Source: a virus. From it: 64,000 nucleotides of DNA. Within the stretch, counting starts at the first letter, position 1, and every line of letters begins with the position of its first letter. Location of the stretch: IMG/VR virus record IMGVR_UViG_3300018080_008188, positions 32,001 through 96,000 of that record; one strand, written 5' to 3'. The notes beneath the pieces are model-generated. The model did no database searches and was not told the origin of the DNA. It saw nothing but the letters and a program-made list of their open reading frames with translations. The position numbers and the translations under genes are program-made. Positions 1 to 8,750 of this stretch are shown here, piece by piece.

Positions 1-1590
1 TTGGAGTATCTTGGCATCAAGGCAAAGGAAAAAGAAGCGCCAAGCAAGCCCGGCGCTTCTCCGTCTGCCGTAAAAATGCTCGATGCGACAAGCGCCCAGG
101 CGAAGTACAAGAGTCTGCTGTCCCGCTTCCGGAACGCCCTTCGCAACCCCAAGGACGATGAGAAGCTGCTAAGCGCTTTTTCAAAACGCCATGTCGGGCT
201 GGATTCCCTTTTCAAATGGATTCAGAAAGAGCTGTCCCAGGTTGACAAGATGTCTGATGCGACGGTAGTCAAGCAAAGGAACATGGTCCGAAAATACATC
301 AAGCAGCTTGTGCAGCGCGGAGCCATAGCGGTTCAGGCCGGCAACAGAAGCGATCTCATCAGAAAGCTCGCCGAGAAGCCTGCGCAGACTGCTCCGCAGC
401 AGCCCAAGGGCCAGTCGGGAGGTCTGCCAGAATTGGCTACCGGAAAACCCAGGAGGGTGCCGACCGGCCAGCGACGTAGGCCGAGAGTACAGTACGACGC
501 CGATGTGGCGCGCCTACAGGTCATGATGGCCAAGGCAGGATACCGCAGCATGATGCCGACGACTTTCAAAACGGGGAAGCCGGACGGCAAGTGGGGCAAG
601 GAAACCGCCAAGGTGTGGAACCAGGTCCTGCGCAAGAAGTTTCTTGAGGCTGCCGGCGGCAGCCCGCAATACGACATAGGCGGAGCCTCCCCTGCCAGGC
701 AGCCCGGTCCGGGTGCCATCCAGAAAGCCATGCGGGCCGCGCAGTACCTGTCAATGGCAGGGCGGTCGCCGGGGCTCAGCGGAACCGTCAAGCTCGCCGA
801 GGGCGTGGAGGTTCCGGCAAGCTCCATGCGAGATCCTGTCATGTTCATGCGCGCTCTGGCGAAGGTGCAAGCCAGCGGCGTGTCGGGCAAGCGGATCATG
901 TCGCCAGAGAACCTGAAGGCGGCCGTCAAGCTTCTGGACGCATACGAGAACACCCTCAGGGACGCGCGCCATCCGAACTACATGGGCCTGTACTACCAGC
1001 AGGGCCCGGCCGCCGTAAGGCGGCGCCTTGCCGCCGTGAGGGGTCTCAGGGCAAAGCTGCAGAGAAGCAGCGGCGACGTTCCCCCGAGCTACGATGTTGG
1101 CGGAGGCACGGGATATGGCAAAGGTGGCGAAGGAGAGGGGCTGGGATACAGCCCCATGCTAGGAGGGCGCGGCCAGCAGGCAGCAAGAATGCCGAGAAGA
1201 GGCTGGGTGACCGAAATGTTCAAGAACGACCCGAGCAGGATGAGCGCATTTGTAAGCGCATTTCCAGGCGCCGCGAGATCGGCGTCTCCGGGAGATTACA
1301 TAACCTCGATGTGGGGTGGTGCCAGAGTGGCGAGAAACCCCAACCTGTTCATGCAGTTCTCCCACAAGATAGCCCCGCGCCGCTCAAAGGACTTCGCTGC
1401 CGGGGCGGGGGCGAAGGAAAGCGCCCTGAAGTATCTCGGCTATCTGCAGGACAAGACATCAAAGTTCCTGTCTGAACTGTACGATGTGGTCGGTCCAAGT
1501 GACTGGAGGTATACCAGTGCGTACAGCCAATGGGAGGAGATGACTGGCAATGAGCCTTACCTGCGTCAGCAGCTCGCCGGAATGCAGTAG
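1..1590 (+). CDS. Putative head-associated protein with peptidoglycan-binding-like domain (probably 5'-truncated by window edge)
   Basis: Open from position 1; segment DVARLQVMMAKAGY...GKPDGKWGKET resembles PG_binding_1 consensus (V..LQ..L...GY...DG.FG..T); lies upstream of head genes. Confidence 0.55.
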   Translation: MEYLGIKAKEKEAPSKPGASPSAVKMLDATSAQAKYKSLLSRFRNALRNPKDDEKLLSAFSKRHVGLDSLFKWIQKELSQVDKMSDATVVKQRNMVRKYIKQLVQRGAIAVQAGNRSDLIRKLAEKPAQTAPQQPKGQSGGLPELATGKPRRVPTGQRRRPRVQYDADVARLQVMMAKAGYRSMMPTTFKTGKPDGKWGKETAKVWNQVLRKKFLEAAGGSPQYDIGGASPARQPGPGAIQKAMRAAQYLSMAGRSPGLSGTVKLAEGVEVPASSMRDPVMFMRALAKVQASGVSGKRIMSPENLKAAVKLLDAYENTLRDARHPNYMGLYYQQGPAAVRRRLAAVRGLRAKLQRSSGDVPPSYDVGGGTGYGKGGEGEGLGYSPMLGGRGQQAARMPRRGWVTEMFKNDPSRMSAFVSAFPGAARSASPGDYITSMWGGARVARNPNLFMQFSHKIAPRRSKDFAAGAGAKESALKYLGYLQDKTSKFLSELYDVVGPSDWRYTSAYSQWEEMTGNEPYLRQQLAGMQ

Positions 1591-2695
1591 CTTCGCACTC
1601 GTTAAGGAAGCCGGCGCCGGAGAGGTTGTCAGATCCGTCATGTCTCGCTTCGGCGAGCAGATAGACAGCATTAGCTTGCGTCGCAAGCCGTTTGAGACCC
1701 TGTTCAAATACATGGGAACAGGTCTGCTGTGGGCTTCCGGGCACAGGATGCTTGCCGTGCTTTTTGGCGCAGCTGAAAGCCTCCTAGGCATCGGACTCGG
1801 AACGGTCGGATCCATGATAGACAAAATGCTTGGCTTTGGCGGAAGCAAGATGCCGCAGGTAAGCGATTCGTCATTGTACGAAAGCGCCAAGGGAACCGTC
1901 GACAGCATCATATCCCGGATCCGCGGCAAGTCGGCTGTTTTCGAGCGACGCCTAATGTCCAAGAATGGCATGTTTGAAATGGACGATCTGCTTGTGGCGT
2001 GGGCCGCCGGAGTCGCGCCGGTTGTGGCGCCAGCGGCGGCCAAGTCTTCCCTCTGGTCTCGCATGGGACGGTGGATTGGGCTTGTGAAAGGAGGGGAGAG
2101 GCTTTCCCTCATAGGGCTGCTGTACGGGCTTCTGAAGGCGTTCAGCGCAGGAGTGCTTGTACATACAGGAATAAGTTTCCTGACCAAAGACGTCCCGGAT
2201 CTGATACGGGGGGTTCCCACTGAGCATGGAAAGGAAACTGGAGCGGGAGACCAGCGTCCTTCTGCGCGCACATTAAGGCGCTATGTCAATTCCGGCAGCG
2301 GAGTGGAGAAAACGATCATTGCCGTTCTTGACTCGCGCTTTCACAGCGGAGGGGTGAAGTTCTCCCGGCTGTTCGAACGCGCGCGAGGCAAAAAGCTCGC
2401 CGGATCGGAAGAGATGCAGGGGATTCTACAGGATGTCGTTTACGAGCATGACGGAATGCCAATAGAGAAGATAGACAGGTACGAAATGTTCGTGGCGCCA
2501 GACCCGGCGGAAATGGCCTCAAGGCTGCTTCCCGAGTATGTCCCGGCGGTATCTGCGGGTGCGCAGCCCGCAGCTTCGCGGAAGAGCCCTGCGGCAAAGC
2601 CGCTTTCCAGGAGAAAAAGAAAGCGGTTCAAAATGACAAGGCAGCAGATAGAGAACAGGCTTGAAAGCCTGCTTTCGGAGGAGATGGCAGCATGA
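1550..2695 (+). CDS. Hypothetical virion protein with hydrophobic helices
   Basis: 381-aa ORF, GGAGG upstream, ATGA overlap with next gene; hydrophobic stretches such as MLAVLFGAAESLLGIGLGTVG and LSLIGLLYGLLKAFSAGVLV. Confidence 0.6.
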   Translation: MSLTCVSSSPECSSFALVKEAGAGEVVRSVMSRFGEQIDSISLRRKPFETLFKYMGTGLLWASGHRMLAVLFGAAESLLGIGLGTVGSMIDKMLGFGGSKMPQVSDSSLYESAKGTVDSIISRIRGKSAVFERRLMSKNGMFEMDDLLVAWAAGVAPVVAPAAAKSSLWSRMGRWIGLVKGGERLSLIGLLYGLLKAFSAGVLVHTGISFLTKDVPDLIRGVPTEHGKETGAGDQRPSARTLRRYVNSGSGVEKTIIAVLDSRFHSGGVKFSRLFERARGKKLAGSEEMQGILQDVVYEHDGMPIEKIDRYEMFVAPDPAEMASRLLPEYVPAVSAGAQPAASRKSPAAKPLSRRKRKRFKMTRQQIENRLESLLSEEMAA

Positions 2696-3912
2696 GCTTT
2701 GAACAATGGAACGGAAGCGCGGTCATGGCGGAGTTCGCCAAGAAGGCGGCCGAAAGCGGGCTGATCTCGTCCGACCTGTCACAGACCGGCGGCGGAGACC
2801 TCGTCGGAAATCCGAGCAAGGAAAACCCGGAATTCGTCAGACACAAGCCTACCGAGGACTATGACATTACCGAAGAGACGGGAGAGCAGCTGATCGACAG
2901 GGCGCACCCCAAGCCTGTCACGGTTGCCGACGCACAAGGAAGCGGCGCGCTTGTTGAAAATGTCAACGAACAGCAGCGCCACGATCTGGAAGTAGCCACC
3001 AAGATGCCGCACGGCACGCTCGTCGGCGTACATGCTTCTTTGACCAGGGAGCTGGCGAAAATAGCGGAGGAGCTGGATAGCCGGGGAAAAGAGGCGGCAG
3101 CAGTCCGCGTAGACAAATCCATGAAAAAAGTCGGCGGCATTGTTGGCTCCATTGGCGCCATTGCGATCAACCCGTGGTTTCTGATTCCGGCGCTGGTAGT
3201 CGGTCTTGGCGTGGCGGCAAACTATGTGAACTTTTTCGGATATACCGAGACGCTCAACGAAGATCTCAAAGACCTCATAAACGTGATCGAGGAGTTCGCC
3301 GAAGATTCGGAGCCCGGTCAGATGGCGCGCGACATACTGTCGGACCTAAGGCCGTATGCAAACAGGTTTGCGCGCATTCCGTCTCGCAAGGATGCTGAAA
3401 GCTTCGCGATATTCGTGCGGGATCTGGACAAGTTCGGTCAAATGCTTCCGCAGCTTGAAGCCGACATAAAGATGATGGTCGTTACAAGCGGCGGGGCGGA
3501 CTGGTACAAGTTCGGTCTTGACCAGGAAGCCAGAGTCGTCGACAAGCTCAACAGCGTGAAAAAGTGTTTCAGCAAACTCTCGTCAGTTGCTGGCGCAGCG
3601 GCAACGGTAGGCGCCCAGCAAATCAAAAGGCGGAGAGGCAAAGGCAGGGGTGAAAGGGGGCTTCCAGGCAAAGGAGACCGAAACATCGCCGCCATCCAGA
3701 AGCTCGTAGGAATGCGCCCAACAGGCAGGATGAACGGAAAGACGCAGCAGGCCATCCGCAACGCCGAAAAAAGAATACAGAAGATATTCGACAAGCATCT
3801 TGCGGACAAGGGATGGAATGTGATCGGTCTTTTCCTGCGCGACGACGGGACGACCATGGAAGCAGGAAAGATGAAGGAAATCATGGAACTAGCCGAAAGC
3901 TACATTCTCTAG
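2692..3912 (+). CDS. Putative head-associated protein, one TM-like helix and C-terminal PG-binding-like motif
   Basis: 406-aa ORF, GGAGGAG RBS; hydrophobic IAINPWFLIPALVVGLGVAA; C-terminal IAAIQKLVGMRPTGRMNGKTQQAI resembles PG-binding helices. Confidence 0.55.
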   Translation: MSFEQWNGSAVMAEFAKKAAESGLISSDLSQTGGGDLVGNPSKENPEFVRHKPTEDYDITEETGEQLIDRAHPKPVTVADAQGSGALVENVNEQQRHDLEVATKMPHGTLVGVHASLTRELAKIAEELDSRGKEAAAVRVDKSMKKVGGIVGSIGAIAINPWFLIPALVVGLGVAANYVNFFGYTETLNEDLKDLINVIEEFAEDSEPGQMARDILSDLRPYANRFARIPSRKDAESFAIFVRDLDKFGQMLPQLEADIKMMVVTSGGADWYKFGLDQEARVVDKLNSVKKCFSKLSSVAGAAATVGAQQIKRRRGKGRGERGLPGKGDRNIAAIQKLVGMRPTGRMNGKTQQAIRNAEKRIQKIFDKHLADKGWNVIGLFLRDDGTTMEAGKMKEIMELAESYIL

Positions 3913-3943
3913 GTTCCATAAACCCATAGTATTTTTCGGAAAT

Positions 3944-3962
3944 CTGCTAATATTTTTCCATT
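3944..3962 (+). promoter_or_regulatory. Degenerate copy of putative phage late promoter motif
   Basis: CTGCTAATAT-TTTT-CCATT in AT-rich gap upstream of head genes; matches CTA(TC/CT)AATAA-N4-GCATW with 3 mismatches. Confidence 0.45.
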
Positions 3963-4030
3963 AGTTTGAAAAGGCCCATTACAGGGCTTAAAGATCAAAG
4001 ACCAAAAAACCCTTTTATGTTTGGAGGATA

Positions 4031-4711
4031 GTGAATATGGCACTCAAACTTCTTCAGCCCGGCGGACCGCCCCTCGGACAGTTCGACATGCTCGACACCG
4101 ACACGGCGATTCTCGGAGGCGAAATCGGAACCCTTTCATCCGCGGCGCGCGCCAACTCGACGACCGAGAAGGCGGCCGCAGACGTTCTCGACGGATATGT
4201 CAACGACGCAGGAACCCTCAAAAGGGCCGTCGTCACCCGCACGCTCGCGAACGACAATGTTCGCCCGCTGTGGCTGCTCGACGAGGGAACCAAGAACTAC
4301 GGAACCCTCTTCGGCGTGACCATCGGCGTTCCCGCCGGTCTTGGCACGGGTTTCGCCAGCGGAGTCTATTCTGGCACCCCGCTCGGTCCCCATACCGGAG
4401 CCGCAAGCGGCAAGGTTACTTGCTGGGACAAGCCCGGCGTGTATGGCGTCACTCTGGATGCGGCCGACACTGCTGCAGCCAACGGCCTGACCCCGACCAA
4501 CACGACCCTAACTCCGGGATCTGCGCTGTACGCAACAGCCACCGGTCTTCTGACCCCGACGGTTGCCAAAACCCCAGGCGGAGCCGGTCCTGTCGTAGCT
4601 CGCTTTGTTGAGTTCGAGACGACCGAAGTGTCCTTGGTCCGCACGCCACCGTCACTTGTCGGCGCGAGCGAGCAGATTGAGCATGCGGTCATCAGCTACT
4701 TCCTCGAGTAG
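4031..4711 (+). CDS. Putative capsid decoration/cement protein
   Basis: 226-aa Gly/Thr/Ala-rich ORF with GGAGG RBS immediately upstream of MCP; motif ASGKVTCW..PG.Y...T..Y typical of decoration proteins at this position. Confidence 0.65.
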   Translation: MNMALKLLQPGGPPLGQFDMLDTDTAILGGEIGTLSSAARANSTTEKAAADVLDGYVNDAGTLKRAVVTRTLANDNVRPLWLLDEGTKNYGTLFGVTIGVPAGLGTGFASGVYSGTPLGPHTGAASGKVTCWDKPGVYGVTLDAADTAAANGLTPTNTTLTPGSALYATATGLLTPTVAKTPGGAGPVVARFVEFETTEVSLVRTPPSLVGASEQIEHAVISYFLE

Positions 4712-4733
4712 GCAAAATAGCATAACTTAACTT

Positions 4734-4754
4734 GGGGCCGCCATTGGCGGCCCC
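4734..4754 (+). other. GC-rich intergenic hairpin between decoration and capsid genes
   Basis: GGGGCCGCC-ATT-GGCGGCCCC perfect 9-bp stem, weak U tail. Confidence 0.6.
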
Positions 4755-4802
4755 CAGGTTTCAACCTTTCAGAACAAAGAGAACCCCAGGAGGTCAAAGA
4801 AA

Positions 4803-5828
4803 ATGTCTACCAAGCTATTCAGTACGCATGGTGAGCTCAACGCAACCGGCGTGAAGGATGCCTTGGCCAACATAGTGAAGTACGCCAGCATTCTTGAGGA
4901 GATGCAGCCTGCCAACAGCGGCATGGCGCAGCAGCCCTCTTTCACCGACCAGCAGCGCGACGAGCTGATCAAGCGCGCCCTTCTTACCCAGGAGGGCAAA
5001 ATCGCTCTAGGCCAGGCAATGGCCAATCCGATTCGTAGGAACCTCGATTACCAGGGCGTGGGTCGCCGCGTGCTGGTCGTGGATCCGCTTCCCCAGGGCG
5101 CCCTTCCCGTGTACGACCGAGACATCGATGTCGCGGCCGTCGTGGTGTCCTCGAACGGCTCGGCTCCCGAAAGCCGCGTCTTCGGCGACAGGGTGACCGT
5201 GCCCGAGTTCGAGGTCATTTCGAACCCAACCGTCAGGATCGCTGAGGTCCGCCGGCGCCGGTTCAATGTGATTGACAGGGCGCAGCAGAAGGCCCGCCAG
5301 GAGATCCAGGCCCAAGAGGATGCCAACATCTTCGCAGCTCTGGACTTCGCAGGCGATGTTTCCCTCGGCGGCGAGAACACCGCCACGGACGTTGCGGACG
5401 CCGGTCTTCTGAAGCGCGACCTTTCGGAGATCAAGGTCTCCGTCGACCGCTGGGACCTCGTCACTTCAAAGTTCCTCATGAATATCATTGAGTTTAATGA
5501 TATCCTGAACTGGGCTTCCGGCGGTGGTACCGTTGGAGTCGGCGAGATCGACCCCGTGACGCAGCGTGAGATCCTTCAGACTGGTCTTTACGCGCAGATC
5601 TGGGGCTCCGACATCATCGTCAGCAAGATCGTTCCTCCGGGAACTGTCTTCGGCGTGGCCGATCCGGAGTTCGTGGGTGTTCTTCCGATACGGCAGGACA
5701 TCGAAGTTCTTCCGGCTGATGAACCTAAACAGCTAAAGCTTGGCTGGGTTGTGAACGAAATCATAGGGATAGGCATCGTCAACCCGCGCGGCGTGGCTGT
5801 TGGTCGCAAGAACGTGGCTGTCGGCTAA
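4803..5828 (+). CDS. Major capsid protein (HK97 fold)
   Basis: 341 aa, AGGAGG RBS, strongly biased codon usage; ANPIRRNLDYQGVGRRVLVVDPLPQG..P.Y, ARQEIQAQED.NIF, C-terminal GWVVNEIIGIGIVNPRGV typical of large-phage MCPs; followed by terminator. Confidence 0.85.
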   Translation: MSTKLFSTHGELNATGVKDALANIVKYASILEEMQPANSGMAQQPSFTDQQRDELIKRALLTQEGKIALGQAMANPIRRNLDYQGVGRRVLVVDPLPQGALPVYDRDIDVAAVVVSSNGSAPESRVFGDRVTVPEFEVISNPTVRIAEVRRRRFNVIDRAQQKARQEIQAQEDANIFAALDFAGDVSLGGENTATDVADAGLLKRDLSEIKVSVDRWDLVTSKFLMNIIEFNDILNWASGGGTVGVGEIDPVTQREILQTGLYAQIWGSDIIVSKIVPPGTVFGVADPEFVGVLPIRQDIEVLPADEPKQLKLGWVVNEIIGIGIVNPRGVAVGRKNVAVG

Positions 5829-5856
5829 CCACCGGTCCAAAAACTTAATAACCTAG

Positions 5857-5891
5857 AAAAAACCGAACCGTTTCGGCGGTTCGGTTTTTTT
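5857..5891 (+). terminator. Rho-independent terminator after MCP (possibly bidirectional)
   Basis: AAAAAA-CCGAACCG-TTTCGG-CGGTTCGG-TTTTTTT. Confidence 0.9.
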
Positions 5892-5894
5892 ATG

Positions 5895-5923
5895 TTGACT
5901 GTGTCGTTTGGCTCCCATATTTT
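5895..5923 (+). promoter_or_regulatory. Possible sigma70-type promoter for nuclease/MTase cassette
   Basis: TTGACT-N17-TATTTT directly after the terminator; if real, the true start codon is downstream of 5924 (e.g. 5972). Confidence 0.35.
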
Positions 5924-7528
5924 ATGGGTAAGATATTTTCATCATCAGCAGATAAAAATGGTAAAAAAAAGATGGTCAGAAAAAGACAGAAAACAAGCAA
6001 TGAAAATCTCATAAAAGACATAAAGTCGGTTTCAAAAAAGATTGGGCGAATCCCGCGCCAAAAGGATTACAAAGAGCATGGTTCATTTGCGCTGAATACA
6101 TTGCTAAACCGGAAACCTTGGAATTTGTGGCTTACAGAAATATTTGGAACAACAAACAAAAGAAAAGAAAAACAAGGAAATCCTGTTACTGATTTGGAAT
6201 TTCTTTCAGACATCAAAAAAGTATACGATATGCTGGGGAAAATTCCTACACAGAGGGATTACAGCAGACATGGATCATATGCTCTTACATCTTTGCTGCG
6301 GCGAAAAAGATGGAACCAATGGCTTGAGGCGTCTCTTGGAAAAGGCATGGTCAACTACAATCGGTCTTCATTGGCACAAGGAAAACGAATTCCAGATCAT
6401 AAACTGATGAACGATGTTAGGGCAATTACAAAAAAACTTGGGCATCCTCCGTCAAGAGGTGAATACAAACATTCTGGCATATATTCTTCAGATACAATTG
6501 TTTCCAGAATGCCATGGGATGATTTTGTGTTTAAAGCTGTTGGAAAACGACCATCTCCTGTTATGACCTCCAGAGCAAAAGTCAGTGAAGAAGACTTGCT
6601 GGACAATCTGTCTGACATTTACAGAAAACTTGGTAGAACACCTGTGCGTGACGATTGTGACAAGGGCAAATATAGCTATGTAGTATATCGGCGATGTTTT
6701 GGAACTTTCGGAAACGCCCTTGTGGCCGCTGGTATGATAAATCCACTCAACAGATACTGTATACCGAGGAACGAATTGATTGGCGAAATACAGCGCGTTT
6801 ATGGTATTTTGAAGCATACGCCGTCAATAGAAGAGTTTTTAGACCACAGTCCAATAATGAGCATAGGTCCGATATATTTCGAATTTGGGTCTTGGACAAG
6901 AGCGCTTCTTGCATCTTCCATTCCTGTCGAAAAGGCAAGAAATGTTACAAAAAAACATGTTTCGGAGGCGCTTGATGAATGGTTTGAACAGAACAACCGC
7001 GATATCTCCTGTATGGAATACTGGCAAATCCGCAAGGCAAGGGCACGACGTGAATTTCCATATTCTCCTTCAACAGTTAAGGAAAAATTGGGCAAAAAAA
7101 CTTGGGCCGAATGTATACGCTCGTGCGGTTTCGATTATGAATCCAGGGATATATTTCAATTTCGCCAATCAGTTATTGGAAAAGATGGAAGAAAATACAA
7201 GTCCAGAATTGAAGCTGATGTGGCATATGAACTTTTATCACTATGGCGCAAAAACCAAATAGTTTCATATGAATATGAAGCACGAGTGCTTCCGGAAAGA
7301 CAGTGGACATGTGATTTCCTGATCAAGACAAACAATGGGAACATATGGTTGGAAGTGGATGGCTTGCGTTGTAATAGAAAACATCCGTATGACTCCGGCA
7401 ACAACGAAAAAATAGAATATTACAAAAAAAGCGGAAAACAATGGGGAGTCATATCATACGATTCTAAGGACATTGCGTTTGCAACAAGAAAAATCGTGCT
7501 AGGAACAGCGGACCGTGAAACGCATTGA
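5924..7528 (+). CDS. Homing-endonuclease-associated-repeat protein with C-terminal PD-(D/E)XK nuclease
   Basis: About 5-6 repeats of LxxDIxxVxxKLG(R/K)xPxxxxY...FG(S/T)W; C-terminal YKSRIE...YEYE...WTCDF...LEVDG nuclease motif; visibly AT-rich. Confidence 0.75.
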   Translation: MGKIFSSSADKNGKKKMVRKRQKTSNENLIKDIKSVSKKIGRIPRQKDYKEHGSFALNTLLNRKPWNLWLTEIFGTTNKRKEKQGNPVTDLEFLSDIKKVYDMLGKIPTQRDYSRHGSYALTSLLRRKRWNQWLEASLGKGMVNYNRSSLAQGKRIPDHKLMNDVRAITKKLGHPPSRGEYKHSGIYSSDTIVSRMPWDDFVFKAVGKRPSPVMTSRAKVSEEDLLDNLSDIYRKLGRTPVRDDCDKGKYSYVVYRRCFGTFGNALVAAGMINPLNRYCIPRNELIGEIQRVYGILKHTPSIEEFLDHSPIMSIGPIYFEFGSWTRALLASSIPVEKARNVTKKHVSEALDEWFEQNNRDISCMEYWQIRKARARREFPYSPSTVKEKLGKKTWAECIRSCGFDYESRDIFQFRQSVIGKDGRKYKSRIEADVAYELLSLWRKNQIVSYEYEARVLPERQWTCDFLIKTNNGNIWLEVDGLRCNRKHPYDSGNNEKIEYYKKSGKQWGVISYDSKDIAFATRKIVLGTADRETH

Positions 7529-8750
7529 TGATATGGAAATTATATCGGATATATTGCGTGTATCTGAAATCATGAACCGAGTTCCGTCGGCATCGGAATA
7601 CCGCCGGTTGGGGAAGTTCTCCATTCCCTCCCTGTACTCCCGCAAGCCTTGGGGCGCATGGCTGACCGACATTTTTCCGGACCATGAGCCAAGAAGGTTT
7701 CCGGGGCAGGAATGCCGCTCCGCATCCAAGGAAGAACTCCTTTCCGAGCTTTCCCGCATAGCCGCAAAGCTGGGCAAGCCGCCGTCTACAGCCGAGGTCG
7801 AGCGCGAGTCTTCCATTCCCGCATGCCGCTACACGCAGGAGTTTGGAACTTTGGAAAGCGCCCTGCGGCGGCTTGGCATGTCGCGCAGCCTGCTTTCCAA
7901 AGAAGACATAGTGAGCAGCATAAAAGGCGTCGCCTCGGATATCGGGCGCGTTCCCATGCAGGCCGAATTCCTTTCAAGGAGCAGATCCGTAGGTTCTTCG
8001 GCGTCCATATCCAGGCTTTTCGGCTCGTGGAACAGCGCCCTTGCGGAAGCTGACCTTGAACCCATCAAGTTTCGCAAAGCAGACCCTTCGGATGTTGCTA
8101 GGTCCGTAAGGGCGTGGCTTGAGGACAATGGAGGGGACACGGCATGCCTGAGATATTGGTCCATAGTGAAGGCGCGCAAGCGGGGAAAATTCAGATACGC
8201 CGCCAACACGATAAAGTCGTGTTTTCCCGGAAAATCGTGGGAAGAGGCTATTTCAGCGTGCGGCGTCGAATACAAGACGCAGAACCAGTTCTTCTGCCGC
8301 GGCAGCTTTCGCGGAGCCGATGGCGCCGCATACCTTTCATCCATGGAAAAGGACGCCGCAGACGAACTGCTTGCAATGCGCGAGCTTGGCGAGATAGATT
8401 CGTACGAGTACGAGGTGCGCGTGTGCGACGACAGAAAGTGGACATGCGACTTTGTTGTGCGAAGGGGAGGCGGCGAACTGTGGATGGAAGTTGACGGCAT
8501 GGGAAAGTCAAGATATGTTCCGTACGACATGGGCAACGAAAAGATAGGGCATTATGAAAAATCCGGCATGAACTACGCTGTCGTGTCCGGACCCGACATG
8601 TCGCGCGCCGTCCGGCGCGCCGTTGGAGAGCTTCTTTTGAAAGGCGGAAAGCATGGCAAGAAAAATGATCGACCGAAAATCAGCGCTTGCGTCTCTTGTG
8701 GACCTGTCGGACAGGCTGGGGAGAAGCAGCATCGGGAAAAGGGACGCTGA
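7515..8750 (+). CDS. Second repeat protein with PD-(D/E)XK nuclease, paralogue of 5924..7528
   Basis: Repeats ELSRIAAKLGKPPS, FGSWNSALAEA; C-terminal YLSSME...YEYEVRV...WTCDF...MEVDG...NEKI.HY. Confidence 0.75.
   Translation: MKRIDDMEIISDILRVSEIMNRVPSASEYRRLGKFSIPSLYSRKPWGAWLTDIFPDHEPRRFPGQECRSASKEELLSELSRIAAKLGKPPSTAEVERESSIPACRYTQEFGTLESALRRLGMSRSLLSKEDIVSSIKGVASDIGRVPMQAEFLSRSRSVGSSASISRLFGSWNSALAEADLEPIKFRKADPSDVARSVRAWLEDNGGDTACLRYWSIVKARKRGKFRYAANTIKSCFPGKSWEEAISACGVEYKTQNQFFCRGSFRGADGAAYLSSMEKDAADELLAMRELGEIDSYEYEVRVCDDRKWTCDFVVRRGGGELWMEVDGMGKSRYVPYDMGNEKIGHYEKSGMNYAVVSGPDMSRAVRRAVGELLLKGGKHGKKNDRPKISACVSCGPVGQAGEKQHREKGR

Noticed and set aside
8653-8750. 98-nt overlap between nuclease 2 and MTase as a programmed frameshift fusion
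   Set aside because: No clear slippery heptamer, and the MTase has its own ATG with purine-rich upstream sequence; more likely a late stop
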